In this document: positions 50,075 to 59,891 of the stretch, one piece after another
How positions within the stretch are numbered: position 1 is the stretch's first letter
Layout of the letters: every line of letters starts with the position of its first letter
Assembly (NCBI GenBank): GCA_965208125.1
Contig: OZ242320.1
Span: 3,840,001 to 3,904,000, forward strand
DNA length: 64,000 nucleotides
Source: Candidatus Latescibacterota bacterium
GTDB taxonomy: Bacteria; Latescibacterota; UBA2968
Direction: 5' to 3'
The notes under the pieces: generated by a model
What the model was told of the DNA's origin: nothing
Seen by the model: the letters and a program-made list of their open reading frames with translations, nothing else
The model's database searches: none
Translations under genes and position numbers: made by a program

Positions 50075-52003
50075 ATGGCAGAGGAGCAAAGGATGCCTCA
50101 TAGTGAAGCTGAATACGGAATCGTCCTGTCGAAAAACGTCATGGTCTCCATGCGGGACGGTACTCGTCTGGCCACAGATATTTACCGTCCAGCACGCGAT
50201 GGAGACCCACTGCCGGGGCCCTTTCCCACAATTCTGTGTCGCACCCCGTATGACAAATCCGATGCACGCTATGAGGAAATAGGAGACTTCTTTACGCCAC
50301 ATGGGTATGTGACCGTGCTCCAGGACCTGCGAGGCCGACACCGTTCCGAAGGTTTGGGTCAGTACTTCCACGTTGCCAACATCAATGACGGCCTGGACGG
50401 CTATGACACGGTAGAATGGATCGCTGCCCAGCCCTGGTCAAACAAACGCGTGGGGGCTGTTGGCAGTTCTTTCGCGGCTCTGGTGCAGACACGAATGGCG
50501 TTTCACCGTCCGCCGCATCTCACCGCCATCTGGCCAGACGTAACACCCATCAACAGCTATCACCACCAGGCTCGGGAAGGCGGGGCTATGCAGATGCACA
50601 TGTTCTGGGCGCTTTACCTCCATGCTCAGGACGCACAGGAAATCCAGAATGACCCTGAAGCGCAGGACGCTGTCTGGAACGATCTCCGTGGGATTCGCGA
50701 GCTTCTCGTTTCAATGCCGTTTCAGCCCGGTCAAACTGCTCTATCCGCAGTTCCCAATCTCGAAAAAACGCTTTTTGACTACTATCATCGGGGAGAATAC
50801 GATAGTTTCTGGGAGCGGGAATACAACGATTTCGAGCGGAATTTCGAACGCCACGCAGACATTCCTGGCACCTATTCAAGCGGCTGGTACGACCCGTACG
50901 CGGTAGCCGTCACGGGCTATTTTGCCGCAATGGCCAAACAAAACTTTTCGCCGCAGCGACTGGTGATGGGCCCCTGGAATCACGTGGGGATGAGAGGGGA
51001 TTCTTCTTTCACGGGAGATGTAGATTTTGGATCTGACAGTGTTTGGGGTGTAAGCAGCTACTTCGAAGAACAACGCCGGTTTTTTGCCGCATGGCTAAGA
51101 GGCAAGTCTTCGGGAAAGGAAGACGACCCACCTGTGAGTATATTTGTGATGGGCGGAGGAACAGGTCGCAAAACAGACGAGGGAAAATACCATCACGGAG
51201 GAAGATGGCGTCGTGAGTGGGAGTGGCCGTTGGCCCGTACCCATACCCTCCAGTACCACTTTCATTCGCAAGGCCTGCTGAGTACAGATGAGCCGGATGA
51301 AGAAAGCTCTCCCTTGTCCTTCACCTACGACCCCGCCAATCCGATACCCACGATTGGAGGCAGTCTGTGCGGTATCATGGAACTTCCGAAGGATGATGGA
51401 GACCTGGACCAGATGTGGAGCCGATTTCTCTCGCCGGTCACGCGACTGCGCAACATCGTCATTCCCGGGCCGGCCCATCAAAAGGAATCTGCCGACGTAT
51501 TTGGCGCGAATCCCCCTTACCAGCTTTTGGCGGATCGACCGGATGTGCTGGTCTTTCAGACATCTCCTCTGGAGGAGGATCTGGAAGTAACCGGATCCGC
51601 CATCGTCACATTGTGGATTTCTTCCTCGGCTCCCGATACCGATTTCACCGCGAAGCTCATTGACCTTGCGCCAGCCAACGATGACTATCCGGACGGATAT
51701 GCAATGAACCTCGTGGATTCCGTGATTCGCACGCGGTATCGAAATAGCTGGGAACAGGAAGAACTCATGGAACCCGGTGAAGTCTATCGGGTTCAGATTC
51801 CTCTGCCCCCAACCAGTAATTTGTTTCAGGCCGGGCATCGGATTCGGATCGATATATCCAGCAGCAATTTCCCCCGCCTGGACCTGAATCCCAATACGGG
51901 CGAGCCGATGGGAAGGCATACACACACGGTACCCGCACGCAACAAGGTATATATGGACAAGCAGCGCCCATCGGGCGTGCTTCTGCCGACGATCCCCGTC
52001 TGA
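50075..52003 (+). CDS. CocE/NonD family serine hydrolase
   Basis: MRDGTRLATDIYRP, RTPY, GSSFAA nucleophile elbow, GWYD, GPWNH and SSNFPR motifs. Confidence 0.92.
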   Translation: MAEEQRMPHSEAEYGIVLSKNVMVSMRDGTRLATDIYRPARDGDPLPGPFPTILCRTPYDKSDARYEEIGDFFTPHGYVTVLQDLRGRHRSEGLGQYFHVANINDGLDGYDTVEWIAAQPWSNKRVGAVGSSFAALVQTRMAFHRPPHLTAIWPDVTPINSYHHQAREGGAMQMHMFWALYLHAQDAQEIQNDPEAQDAVWNDLRGIRELLVSMPFQPGQTALSAVPNLEKTLFDYYHRGEYDSFWEREYNDFERNFERHADIPGTYSSGWYDPYAVAVTGYFAAMAKQNFSPQRLVMGPWNHVGMRGDSSFTGDVDFGSDSVWGVSSYFEEQRRFFAAWLRGKSSGKEDDPPVSIFVMGGGTGRKTDEGKYHHGGRWRREWEWPLARTHTLQYHFHSQGLLSTDEPDEESSPLSFTYDPANPIPTIGGSLCGIMELPKDDGDLDQMWSRFLSPVTRLRNIVIPGPAHQKESADVFGANPPYQLLADRPDVLVFQTSPLEEDLEVTGSAIVTLWISSSAPDTDFTAKLIDLAPANDDYPDGYAMNLVDSVIRTRYRNSWEQEELMEPGEVYRVQIPLPPTSNLFQAGHRIRIDISSSNFPRLDLNPNTGEPMGRHTHTVPARNKVYMDKQRPSGVLLPTIPV

Positions 52004-52023
52004 GCATTCATTGGAGAGAACAC

Positions 52024-53325
52024 ATGGAAACTCGATTGCAGGCCGGATTTGCACGAACGGATATTACCCCAGATCTGGGATGTCTGCTGCTGGGCTACCC
52101 GGCCCCAGACCGCAGAGCCGAATCCGTACGCGACCGACTCAACGCGAATGCGCTCTACCTGGAACAAAATAGCGTGAGAGCCGTCATCTTGAGCCTTGAT
52201 GTGTGCATTGTAGATGATGTCGAAGTCGAGTCTATTCGCCAGGGAATCTATGATCGAACAGGCATCCCTTCGGATCATATCACTGTCTGTGCTATCCAGA
52301 CTCACAGTGGACCCTGCACCATTGATTGCTGGGGATGGAGCGAAAAGGACAAACCGTATATCGATAGGCTCGTCGAGAGAAGCATTGAAGCCGCCGTCAC
52401 CGCTGCTCAATCACCCATACCTATAACTGTAGGCATCGGCACAACGCAGAGTGACGTGGGGGTCAACCGACGAGAGGTCCTTGAAAACCACGAAGTTGCC
52501 CTGGGTGTCAATCCCTGGGGGCCTTATGATCCCGATATGACCCTTTTGCGATTTGAAGGGAAGGATGGGCCACTTGTCTCATTGATCCACTACGGCGCGC
52601 ATCCAACCGTTTTCTCCAGTGCCAACAGGGCAGTGTCCCGCGATTGGCCAGGTGTCATGATCGACCGGGTGGAACACCTCACGGGCGTCCCGACTTTCTT
52701 TGTCAATGGTGCCGTAGGTGACATCGCTCCCCGCACCAATAGTCTCCGCGCCGTCGGAGATGGCGAAATGGCGCTCATGGAAGTCGGAGGGCGAGCGGGT
52801 ATGGATGCGATGCGTGCTTACCGGTCCATCAAGACGTTCCAAGACCTGCCGTTGTCCATCATTACCGGAGACATCATGATGCCTTACCGGTCGCTGCCGC
52901 CACTGGAAGAAGCAGAGCGGGAGTTTGCCTTGACTAAATCCGAAAAAGATGAGCCAGGGAAGGGCATGTGCGAGTACAAACACTGGGAAGCCGTTATCCA
53001 TGCCCACAAAACCGAACCGTTACCTGGCACAACTTACCGGCAGGTGATCACTGCTCTCGGGCCGATTGCATTTGTCCCTTTTCCCGGCGAGCCATTCGCA
53101 GAAATCGTTCTTCGATTGCGCCAGTACAGTCCCTTTCAATATACGCTTTGCGCCAGTACTTCGTGTGGCAGCTATGGCTATTTCGTCACGCGGGATTCGC
53201 TGCACCGCGGTGGGTACGAAGTCTGGGTGGCCAAAGCCTTCGGCGCGTACATTCTGGCTGAAAATATCGACGACGTCCTGGTCGAAGAAAATCTGGCTCT
53301 CCTGCACAATCTGCACGACCTGTAG
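52024..53325 (+). CDS. Neutral/alkaline ceramidase-like amidohydrolase, copy 2
   Basis: TDITP, IQTHSGP, NRR, HYGAHPT, DWPG, PGEPF and GGYE motifs. Confidence 0.78.
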   Translation: METRLQAGFARTDITPDLGCLLLGYPAPDRRAESVRDRLNANALYLEQNSVRAVILSLDVCIVDDVEVESIRQGIYDRTGIPSDHITVCAIQTHSGPCTIDCWGWSEKDKPYIDRLVERSIEAAVTAAQSPIPITVGIGTTQSDVGVNRREVLENHEVALGVNPWGPYDPDMTLLRFEGKDGPLVSLIHYGAHPTVFSSANRAVSRDWPGVMIDRVEHLTGVPTFFVNGAVGDIAPRTNSLRAVGDGEMALMEVGGRAGMDAMRAYRSIKTFQDLPLSIITGDIMMPYRSLPPLEEAEREFALTKSEKDEPGKGMCEYKHWEAVIHAHKTEPLPGTTYRQVITALGPIAFVPFPGEPFAEIVLRLRQYSPFQYTLCASTSCGSYGYFVTRDSLHRGGYEVWVAKAFGAYILAENIDDVLVEENLALLHNLHDL

Positions 53326-53403
53326 GCCATCACGTTCAGGTTTCACCCATGGATATTCTCCAGGAGAATCAACTTCCGGGCTGTTGACTCTTCGCCTTAG
53401 AGG

Positions 53404-54960
53404 TCAACCCCTGCGTTCGGCGGCTGAGCCAAAGCCGCCGCCGCCGGCCTCGCGCATCGAAATCCGATCACCGGGTGACAGCTCGACACGCGATTTGGGG
53501 TCGACCAGTTGACCATTGACTTCGTACCGGCGAAGTGCCCCGTCGTCGCCGCCTTGTAGCCCCTTGGCTGCAAATTCGGTTCGCTGACCCATTAGGGCTA
53601 TCTCGAGGAGATGGCCGGTGTCATTGCGAAAGACCACTTCCTGGCCGTCGCCGCCGCGCCACTTCCCGTCGCCGCCTGTGTCGGGTAGGATCTCACGCTT
53701 TTCGATGGTGATGGACGTGCGGTTTTCCCAGACCTCCGTGGGGACCACAGTCATGTTGGACGGCGCCGGTGTGACGGCGCGGCCATCCTGCCCCAGCATG
53801 GCACCGAGGCCGCCGGCGAGAAAGAAGAGTGAGGAGATTTCCTCGCCGTCACGGTGACGTCCCTGGACGCTGAAGACATTCATCATGGCGGCGTCGGCCT
53901 GGACACGGTCCGGCAGGGCCGGCGCCATGGCACCCATCACGAGCGGGACAACGAAGTGACCCACCGAATGTCGCCCACCGGTCGCCCACGGCGGTTGTGC
54001 ATTGAGGATGCAATGATCGGGTGCCGAGATATCGATCGGCCGTGCCGCGCCGGCATTGTTCGGCAGATTGGGGATCGTCAGACACTTGATCACGTAGTTG
54101 GCCTGGGCGCGGGTGTAACAGAACGGCACGTTAATTGAGGCCCGCACAGGGCCTTCAGTGCCGGTGAAATCTATGGCGACATGACTGCCGTTTACTCTGA
54201 CGTTGGCGGCCAGTTGAATTGGCCGGCCCGGCCCCTCAATTGCAATGGCATTGGCATAAGAGCCGTCAGGGATCTCGGCGATGCGTTCGCACATTGCGGC
54301 CTCGGCGTGATCGTTGATGGCGTCGGAGAGTGTTTCGATCTCATCGAGACCGTACTCGTCCATGAACTCCAGCAAGGCCCGCCCGCCGACTTCGTTACAA
54401 GCGATGTTCGCCATCAAATCGCCAACCGTCTGTTCCGGAACGCGGACGTTGGTGCGAACGATATCGAGGAGGAGTTCATTTAGCTGCCCACCGTCGCTTA
54501 GCTTGCACACGGGAAGGCGCAGGCCCTCGTGGTACACCTCCGTGCAGTCAGACGCCATGCCTTTGCCGCCGATATCCGGCAGATGCGTGACACTCATGGT
54601 GAACCCTGTCAGGCGATCGCCACGAAATACCGGACGCATGACATTGATGTCGAATAAGTGACCGGTGCCCATCCATGGATCGTTGGTGGCGATGACATCG
54701 CCGGGTTTCAACGTGTTGGCCGGAAACGCACGCAGCATGTGAGCGATGGTCTGTGGTGCCGTTCCGGTGAAGGACGGCACCGAGTAGCTGCCCTGCGCCA
54801 CGAGGTGTGCCCTGGCGTCAAAGATCATACATGACAGGTCGTAGCCCTCTCGAACATTCATGGAGAACGATGTGCGGACGAGCGACAGGACGAGTTCGTC
54901 GGCAATCGAGACCAGGCGGTCCCATAAGATCTTGAGACTGACGGGATCGTACTGGGTCAT
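53404..54960 (-). CDS. Hydantoinase B/oxoprolinase beta subunit (short form)
   Basis: NDPWMGTGHLFD, HLPDIGG, EGLRLP and GGGGFG motifs; ATGA overlap with upstream A subunit. Confidence 0.9.
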   Translation of the reverse strand: MTQYDPVSLKILWDRLVSIADELVLSLVRTSFSMNVREGYDLSCMIFDARAHLVAQGSYSVPSFTGTAPQTIAHMLRAFPANTLKPGDVIATNDPWMGTGHLFDINVMRPVFRGDRLTGFTMSVTHLPDIGGKGMASDCTEVYHEGLRLPVCKLSDGGQLNELLLDIVRTNVRVPEQTVGDLMANIACNEVGGRALLEFMDEYGLDEIETLSDAINDHAEAAMCERIAEIPDGSYANAIAIEGPGRPIQLAANVRVNGSHVAIDFTGTEGPVRASINVPFCYTRAQANYVIKCLTIPNLPNNAGAARPIDISAPDHCILNAQPPWATGGRHSVGHFVVPLVMGAMAPALPDRVQADAAMMNVFSVQGRHRDGEEISSLFFLAGGLGAMLGQDGRAVTPAPSNMTVVPTEVWENRTSITIEKREILPDTGGDGKWRGGDGQEVVFRNDTGHLLEIALMGQRTEFAAKGLQGGDDGALRRYEVNGQLVDPKSRVELSPGDRISMREAGGGGFGSAAERRG

Positions 54961-57041
54961 GACGTCTCTCCGGCCAATGTCGCAATCAAGTTGCCCATGT
55001 CATCAACTTCGATCGTGTCGCCAACGCTCAGGACGGTTGTTGCCTCATTCTCCTGGACGAGGGCAGGACCCGTTATGTGCTGCCCCTGGTCCAGGGCGTA
55101 ACGATCGTAGATAGGACAATTGGCAAGTCCCGTTGCGTCGTCGCAGAAGATGCTGGCCTCACCAACCTGGTCTTGTGAGGTCAGAGCGCCGCTGAATGGG
55201 CGATAGCGATCTGCGAATTCCGGCTCAGGTCCGCTCGCCTCCACTTTCCAATTGACGATCTCAATTCCGGTATCGATTGGCGTGGCGGCAAAAATCTTGG
55301 CATAGGTTTCGCAAAAGAGATCGGCAATGCCATTGCGGTCAATGCCCGGCGGAAGCGGCACTTCAACCTCGTGGCCCTGGCCGCAATACCGCATGTCAAG
55401 CCGCCTGTCAATTTGAATCTGCGCGTCGTCAATGCCGGCCTCTGCAAGGAGGCAACGTGCCTGGCGTTCAACCAGATTGAATCCGGCGTCGAGGCCATCT
55501 GCATCCAATTCTTCGAGATTGACCCGCCCAGAGCGCAAGGTTGCATAGGAGATCGGAGTCATCAAGAGTCCAATCGCCGACATCACGCCAGCACCGACGG
55601 GGAAAACCACCTTTGGGATTCGCAGCTTTCGAGCAATACGAATAGCGTGTGCCGGACCGGATCCGCCAAACGCGATCATTGTGCAGCGGCGGTAGTCGAA
55701 GCCGATTTCCGCAGCATGGGTGCGGAATGCCCGCGCGACGTCCTCGTTGATGACCTCATGAACACCCCAGGCAGCTCGGATCGTGTCGACCCGAAGTGGT
55801 TCGGCGACATTCCGGTCAATTGCATGATGTGCGGCTTCGCTGTCCAGGATCATATTCCGACCAAGAAATGCCTCTGGAACCAGATAGCCGAGGGTCAGGT
55901 TGGCATCCGTCAACGTTGCGTTGTCGCCGCCCTGGCTATAACAGGCTGGTCCGGGCTCAGCGCCGGCGCTCTTGGGTCCAACGGCCAAAAGATTGCGTTC
56001 GTCGACATTGGCGATTGACCCACCACCGGCACCGATCTCAATCATGTCGATCACTGGGATACGGAGTGGGAGACCGCTGCCTTGCTTGAAGTCATGCTCT
56101 CGCGCCACTTCGAACTCGTAGCGGCGCAGGGGGCGGCCATTGCGGATTAGGGCGCCCTTTGCCGTCGTCCCGCCCATGTCAAATGCCAGTAGATTGGGTT
56201 CGCCAATTCGCTGTCCCAAATTGGCCGCCATGAGGGCACCGGCGGCCGGCCCCGACTCGATAAGCCGCACCGGATAGCGCCGCGCGATTTCAGGCGTGAC
56301 CATGCCGCCAGATGATGTCATCACCAGAAAACGACCATCAAATCCCATGGTGGACAGTCCGGTCTCCAGGCGTTCGAGATAGCGATCGGTCAGCGGGCGC
56401 ACATACGCGTTGATCGTGGTTGTCGACCAGCGTTCATATTCCCGCATGAAGGGCAGTACGTCGGACGAGGTGCTAACATGCAGGTCGGGAAATGCCTTCG
56501 CGACAGTATCTCGGGCCTGGTTTTCGTGATCCGGATTGGCATAGGCATGCAAGAAACAGATGGCCAGAGCCTCTATCCCATGCGCAGAAACCAGGTGTGC
56601 GACGGCCGCCTGGACCTCTTTTTTATTCAAGGGTGTCTCAACCTGCCCATCAAATAGGATGCGTTCCGAAAGCTCGGCTCGCAGATCCCGTGGGACGACT
56701 GGCTCTGCAAAACCCAGTCGCAGGTCGAACAAATCGTAGCGACGCTCCATGGCGATATCCAGGACATCGCGGAAACCCCTGGTGACCAACATGCCAGTCG
56801 TCGCGCCGCGGCGTTCGATGACGGCATTCGTGACGAGCGTCGTGCCGTGTGACAGGACGGTGACGTCGGAGATATCGACGCCGGTTCGGCTGAGTAGTGC
56901 TGCAATTCCGGTCAGAACGCTGAGCGATGGATCGGACGGTGTGGTCAATTGCTTGTGTGTTGAGAGTTCGCCGGAGTCGTTATCGACCAGTGCGAAATCG
57001 GTAAAGGTGCCGCCGATATCGACGCCAAGCCTATGGGCCAT
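54957..57041 (-). CDS. Hydantoinase A/oxoprolinase ATP-binding subunit
   Basis: GVDIGGTFTD, HGTTLVTN, SGPAAG, DMGGTT and GAGGGSIA motifs. Confidence 0.92.
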   Translation of the reverse strand: MAHRLGVDIGGTFTDFALVDNDSGELSTHKQLTTPSDPSLSVLTGIAALLSRTGVDISDVTVLSHGTTLVTNAVIERRGATTGMLVTRGFRDVLDIAMERRYDLFDLRLGFAEPVVPRDLRAELSERILFDGQVETPLNKKEVQAAVAHLVSAHGIEALAICFLHAYANPDHENQARDTVAKAFPDLHVSTSSDVLPFMREYERWSTTTINAYVRPLTDRYLERLETGLSTMGFDGRFLVMTSSGGMVTPEIARRYPVRLIESGPAAGALMAANLGQRIGEPNLLAFDMGGTTAKGALIRNGRPLRRYEFEVAREHDFKQGSGLPLRIPVIDMIEIGAGGGSIANVDERNLLAVGPKSAGAEPGPACYSQGGDNATLTDANLTLGYLVPEAFLGRNMILDSEAAHHAIDRNVAEPLRVDTIRAAWGVHEVINEDVARAFRTHAAEIGFDYRRCTMIAFGGSGPAHAIRIARKLRIPKVVFPVGAGVMSAIGLLMTPISYATLRSGRVNLEELDADGLDAGFNLVERQARCLLAEAGIDDAQIQIDRRLDMRYCGQGHEVEVPLPPGIDRNGIADLFCETYAKIFAATPIDTGIEIVNWKVEASGPEPEFADRYRPFSGALTSQDQVGEASIFCDDATGLANCPIYDRYALDQGQHITGPALVQENEATTVLSVGDTIEVDDMGNLIATLAGETS

Positions 57042-58107
57042 GGGATGCTCCACTGAGAACTGAGTGAAACGCCTTCAGTGTGATCTCAACGGCGTTCTCA
57101 GTGATTTCGTGATGGGTCACAAGACGCACGTCATCGCCGAACGGCAAAACCAGCACGCCCTCACGTTCAAGCGCGGCGGCAAGGGTTTCGGGGCGCATTG
57201 TGTTTGGACGTGCGAGCACGATGTTCGACTCCACCTGGGACTTGTCAATACTAAGCGTTGGCTGGGAAGACAGATCATTTGCCAGTTGTCGCGCAGTGGT
57301 GTGATCTATGTGCAGTCGTTCGATCATCGTCTCGATCGCAACGATACCTGCCGCGGCAACAATGCCGGCCGGTCGCCAACCGCCGCCGAACATTTGTCTG
57401 ATGCGCATCGCCTCGGCGATGAACCCATCGGGTCCGGCAAGGATCGCGCCGAGTGGCGCACCAAGTCCTTTGTTGAGATTGAAGGAAACGGTATCGCATG
57501 TCATGGCGATGTCACGCGCCGGGATTCCTGAGGCGACGGCTGCATTGAAGATCCGCGCGCCGTCAAGGTGCACCGGTACCTCCTGACTGCTGGCGATGTC
57601 GTAAATAGCTGTCATGTGTGCCGTGGGCACGACACGACCTCCAGAACGCACGTGCGTGTTTTCCTGGGCGACTGCGGCGGGGCGCGGGTGCTGTGCATCG
57701 CTGTGTCGGAGGGAATCACGCAAAGCGTCGAGGTCAAGCGCACCGGCCTGGGCCGGGATCATCTTCGGCATGGCACCGGACAGCGCGGCGGTGGCGGCCG
57801 ACTCCGACGTCACAACGTGGGCGTCAGCTTCCGTTACGAACAACTCACCGGGCCTGCAATGAATATGTAGCGCAATTTGGTTGGCCATCGTGCAAGTCGG
57901 CACAAAAAGAGCGTCGTCCTTTCCGATGACCTCCGCCGCGCGATTTTCGAGGTCGGCAACGATCGTGTCTTCGCGCAGCCCGAAGCCGCAGGGTTGCCTC
58001 GCAGCACGCAGCATCGCTTCAACCATGGCCGGAGTTGGTCGGGCAACAAAGTCCGATCTGAGATCGACTATCTGAGCTGCACCGCCGTCAGTAATGTTCT
58101 GGCACAT
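57031..58107 (-). CDS. Low-specificity L-threonine aldolase-like PLP enzyme
   Basis: DLRSD, TMANQ, ENTH, HLDGARIFNA and NKGLGAP (PLP lysine) motifs. Confidence 0.85.
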   Translation of the reverse strand: MCQNITDGGAAQIVDLRSDFVARPTPAMVEAMLRAARQPCGFGLREDTIVADLENRAAEVIGKDDALFVPTCTMANQIALHIHCRPGELFVTEADAHVVTSESAATAALSGAMPKMIPAQAGALDLDALRDSLRHSDAQHPRPAAVAQENTHVRSGGRVVPTAHMTAIYDIASSQEVPVHLDGARIFNAAVASGIPARDIAMTCDTVSFNLNKGLGAPLGAILAGPDGFIAEAMRIRQMFGGGWRPAGIVAAAGIVAIETMIERLHIDHTTARQLANDLSSQPTLSIDKSQVESNIVLARPNTMRPETLAAALEREGVLVLPFGDDVRLVTHHEITENAVEITLKAFHSVLSGASHGP

Positions 58108-58265
58108 TATGTTCCTATCACCACCTGATGGCCATGGGCGTCAGCAGCTATGGTCTTTCCTCCCTGCAACTTCGCTGCTTTCTCCGTCTCTCACCAGGTT
58201 TCATAGTTCTCTGCAGGGCATCGTGACACCCAGAGAAGGCTCGAATTCTGGAATTTTCCACCTCA

Positions 58266-59807
58266 TTACCCTGCAAGGTCTTCTTTATCCAGCCACTGTC
58301 GCAACTCAGTTTTCAGGATCTTTCCGTAGTTGTTTTTGGGCAAACTATCCACAAAGAAATAGGCCCTGGGGCGCTTGAAGCGAGCGATATGATCGAGACA
58401 GAGCACATCCAGCTCGTCCTCCATCTTTTCACTGGCATCCTCCGCTACAACAAAAGCAACAACCTCCTCCCCCCATTCTGGATGTGGCCGGCCGATCACC
58501 GATACCTCCTGGACGGCTCCATGCATCAGCAGGACCTCCTCCACCTCCCGGGGATAGATGTTGGAGCCCCCACTGATAATGAGATCCTTTGAGCGATCCT
58601 TCAACGTCAAAAACCCGTCCTCGTCGAACGTACCCATGTCGCCCGTATGCAGCCAGCCGTTTCGCATGGTCGTTTCGGTTGCTTCCGGATTTTCCCAGTA
58701 TCCACACATGACAACATCACCCCTGACAATCACTTCGCCTATTTCGCCAGGAGGGAGCACCCGGTCATTCGAATCGACCACCCTGACTTCGACCACCGAC
58801 TGAGGGATCCCCGCCGATTGAAGCCGTTCTTCAAACCGAGCATGATCTTTCTCGGCATGCAGCCCTTTCGACAACGCCGTAATCGTCATCGGGCTTTCGC
58901 CTAAACCGTAGATCTGAACCAGCTTGTTGCCAAATAGATTTATGGCCTGCTTCAGATCGGCTACATACATCGGCGCACCGCCGTACACGATCGTTTTTAA
59001 GTTTGACGTATTAGCGCTGCGGCTGGTGGGATGATCGACCAGTCGTTTCACCATTGTCGGCGCTGCGAAAATCGTCATCCCTTCGTGGGAGACAATCAGG
59101 TCGAAAACTTCATCAGGATTGAACCGGCCACTCGCCGGGATGACCTGTTTTGCCGCAACAGCGACGTGGGAGAGGTTGTACAGACCCGAGCCGTGGGAGA
59201 GGGGAGCTGCATGCAGGATGCAATCTTCTGATGAGACCGCATCGACATCGACAAAGTAATTCAGCGTCAACGCCATCAAGTTGCGATGACTCAACACAGC
59301 TCCCTTGGGGCGACCCGTCGTACCACTCGTGTAGAATATCCAGGCGGGATCGTCGGACGAACGTTCTGCCATCCGAACCGATTTGCCCTGTCGCAGGGAT
59401 TTGTAATCGGATGAGGATACACAGCCCACATACTCGAGCGAAGGTATCAGATCGCGAAGCGAATCAATCGTCTCAAGCAAGTCAGCGGTGACAAAACAGC
59501 AGCGGGCGCCTGAGTTCTCGAGGATATACTGAAACTCACGCGCATGCAGCCTGGCGTTGATCGGGACTGTACACAGCCCGGCATGCCAGGCAGCGTACAT
59601 CACTTCGAGGAATTCCGCACAGTTCTGCATGGCGAGTGCGACGCGGTCCCCGGGTTTGAGATGGAGTTGATCGAGGAATCGACCTGCCATGGTCGATACG
59701 CGACTGTAGAGGTCTCCGTAGGAGCAGTACGCATTCTTACCAATTGCGATCGCGGGCTTTTCGCTGAAAGCGGTCCCCGCTCTAGCCACCAGATGAGCGA
59801 CATTCAA
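58266..59807 (-). CDS. AMP-binding acyl-CoA synthetase
   Basis: YTSGTTGRPKG, YGLGE, GWLHTGD, SGGSNIYPREVE and GKI motifs; GAGGAGG RBS supports TTG start at 59807. Confidence 0.92.
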   Translation of the reverse strand: MNVAHLVARAGTAFSEKPAIAIGKNAYCSYGDLYSRVSTMAGRFLDQLHLKPGDRVALAMQNCAEFLEVMYAAWHAGLCTVPINARLHAREFQYILENSGARCCFVTADLLETIDSLRDLIPSLEYVGCVSSSDYKSLRQGKSVRMAERSSDDPAWIFYTSGTTGRPKGAVLSHRNLMALTLNYFVDVDAVSSEDCILHAAPLSHGSGLYNLSHVAVAAKQVIPASGRFNPDEVFDLIVSHEGMTIFAAPTMVKRLVDHPTSRSANTSNLKTIVYGGAPMYVADLKQAINLFGNKLVQIYGLGESPMTITALSKGLHAEKDHARFEERLQSAGIPQSVVEVRVVDSNDRVLPPGEIGEVIVRGDVVMCGYWENPEATETTMRNGWLHTGDMGTFDEDGFLTLKDRSKDLIISGGSNIYPREVEEVLLMHGAVQEVSVIGRPHPEWGEEVVAFVVAEDASEKMEDELDVLCLDHIARFKRPRAYFFVDSLPKNNYGKILKTELRQWLDKEDLAG

Positions 59808-59891
59808 TGGCAAATCCTCCTCGGGACCGTCGTGTAAAGACCCAATCGGGGTCCGGCATGCCCCCGCGCAATCATAAACCCGCACAATCCT

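Noticed and set aside
50075-52003. CocE nucleophile motif GSSFAA instead of GxSYxG as a sign of inactivity
   Set aside because: Ser, Asp (GWYD), His (GPWNH) and the RTPY tyrosine are all retained
53326-53403. Terminator between the convergent operons
   Set aside because: Only weak, mismatched stems with no U-tract on either strand
58108-58265. Minus-strand leader of the threonine-aldolase-like gene has GAGAGAC...GCGAAG..GCA, faintly like a glycine riboswitch
   Set aside because: Closing helices and the conserved CUCAGG-type 3' segment are absent; would need an Rfam hit
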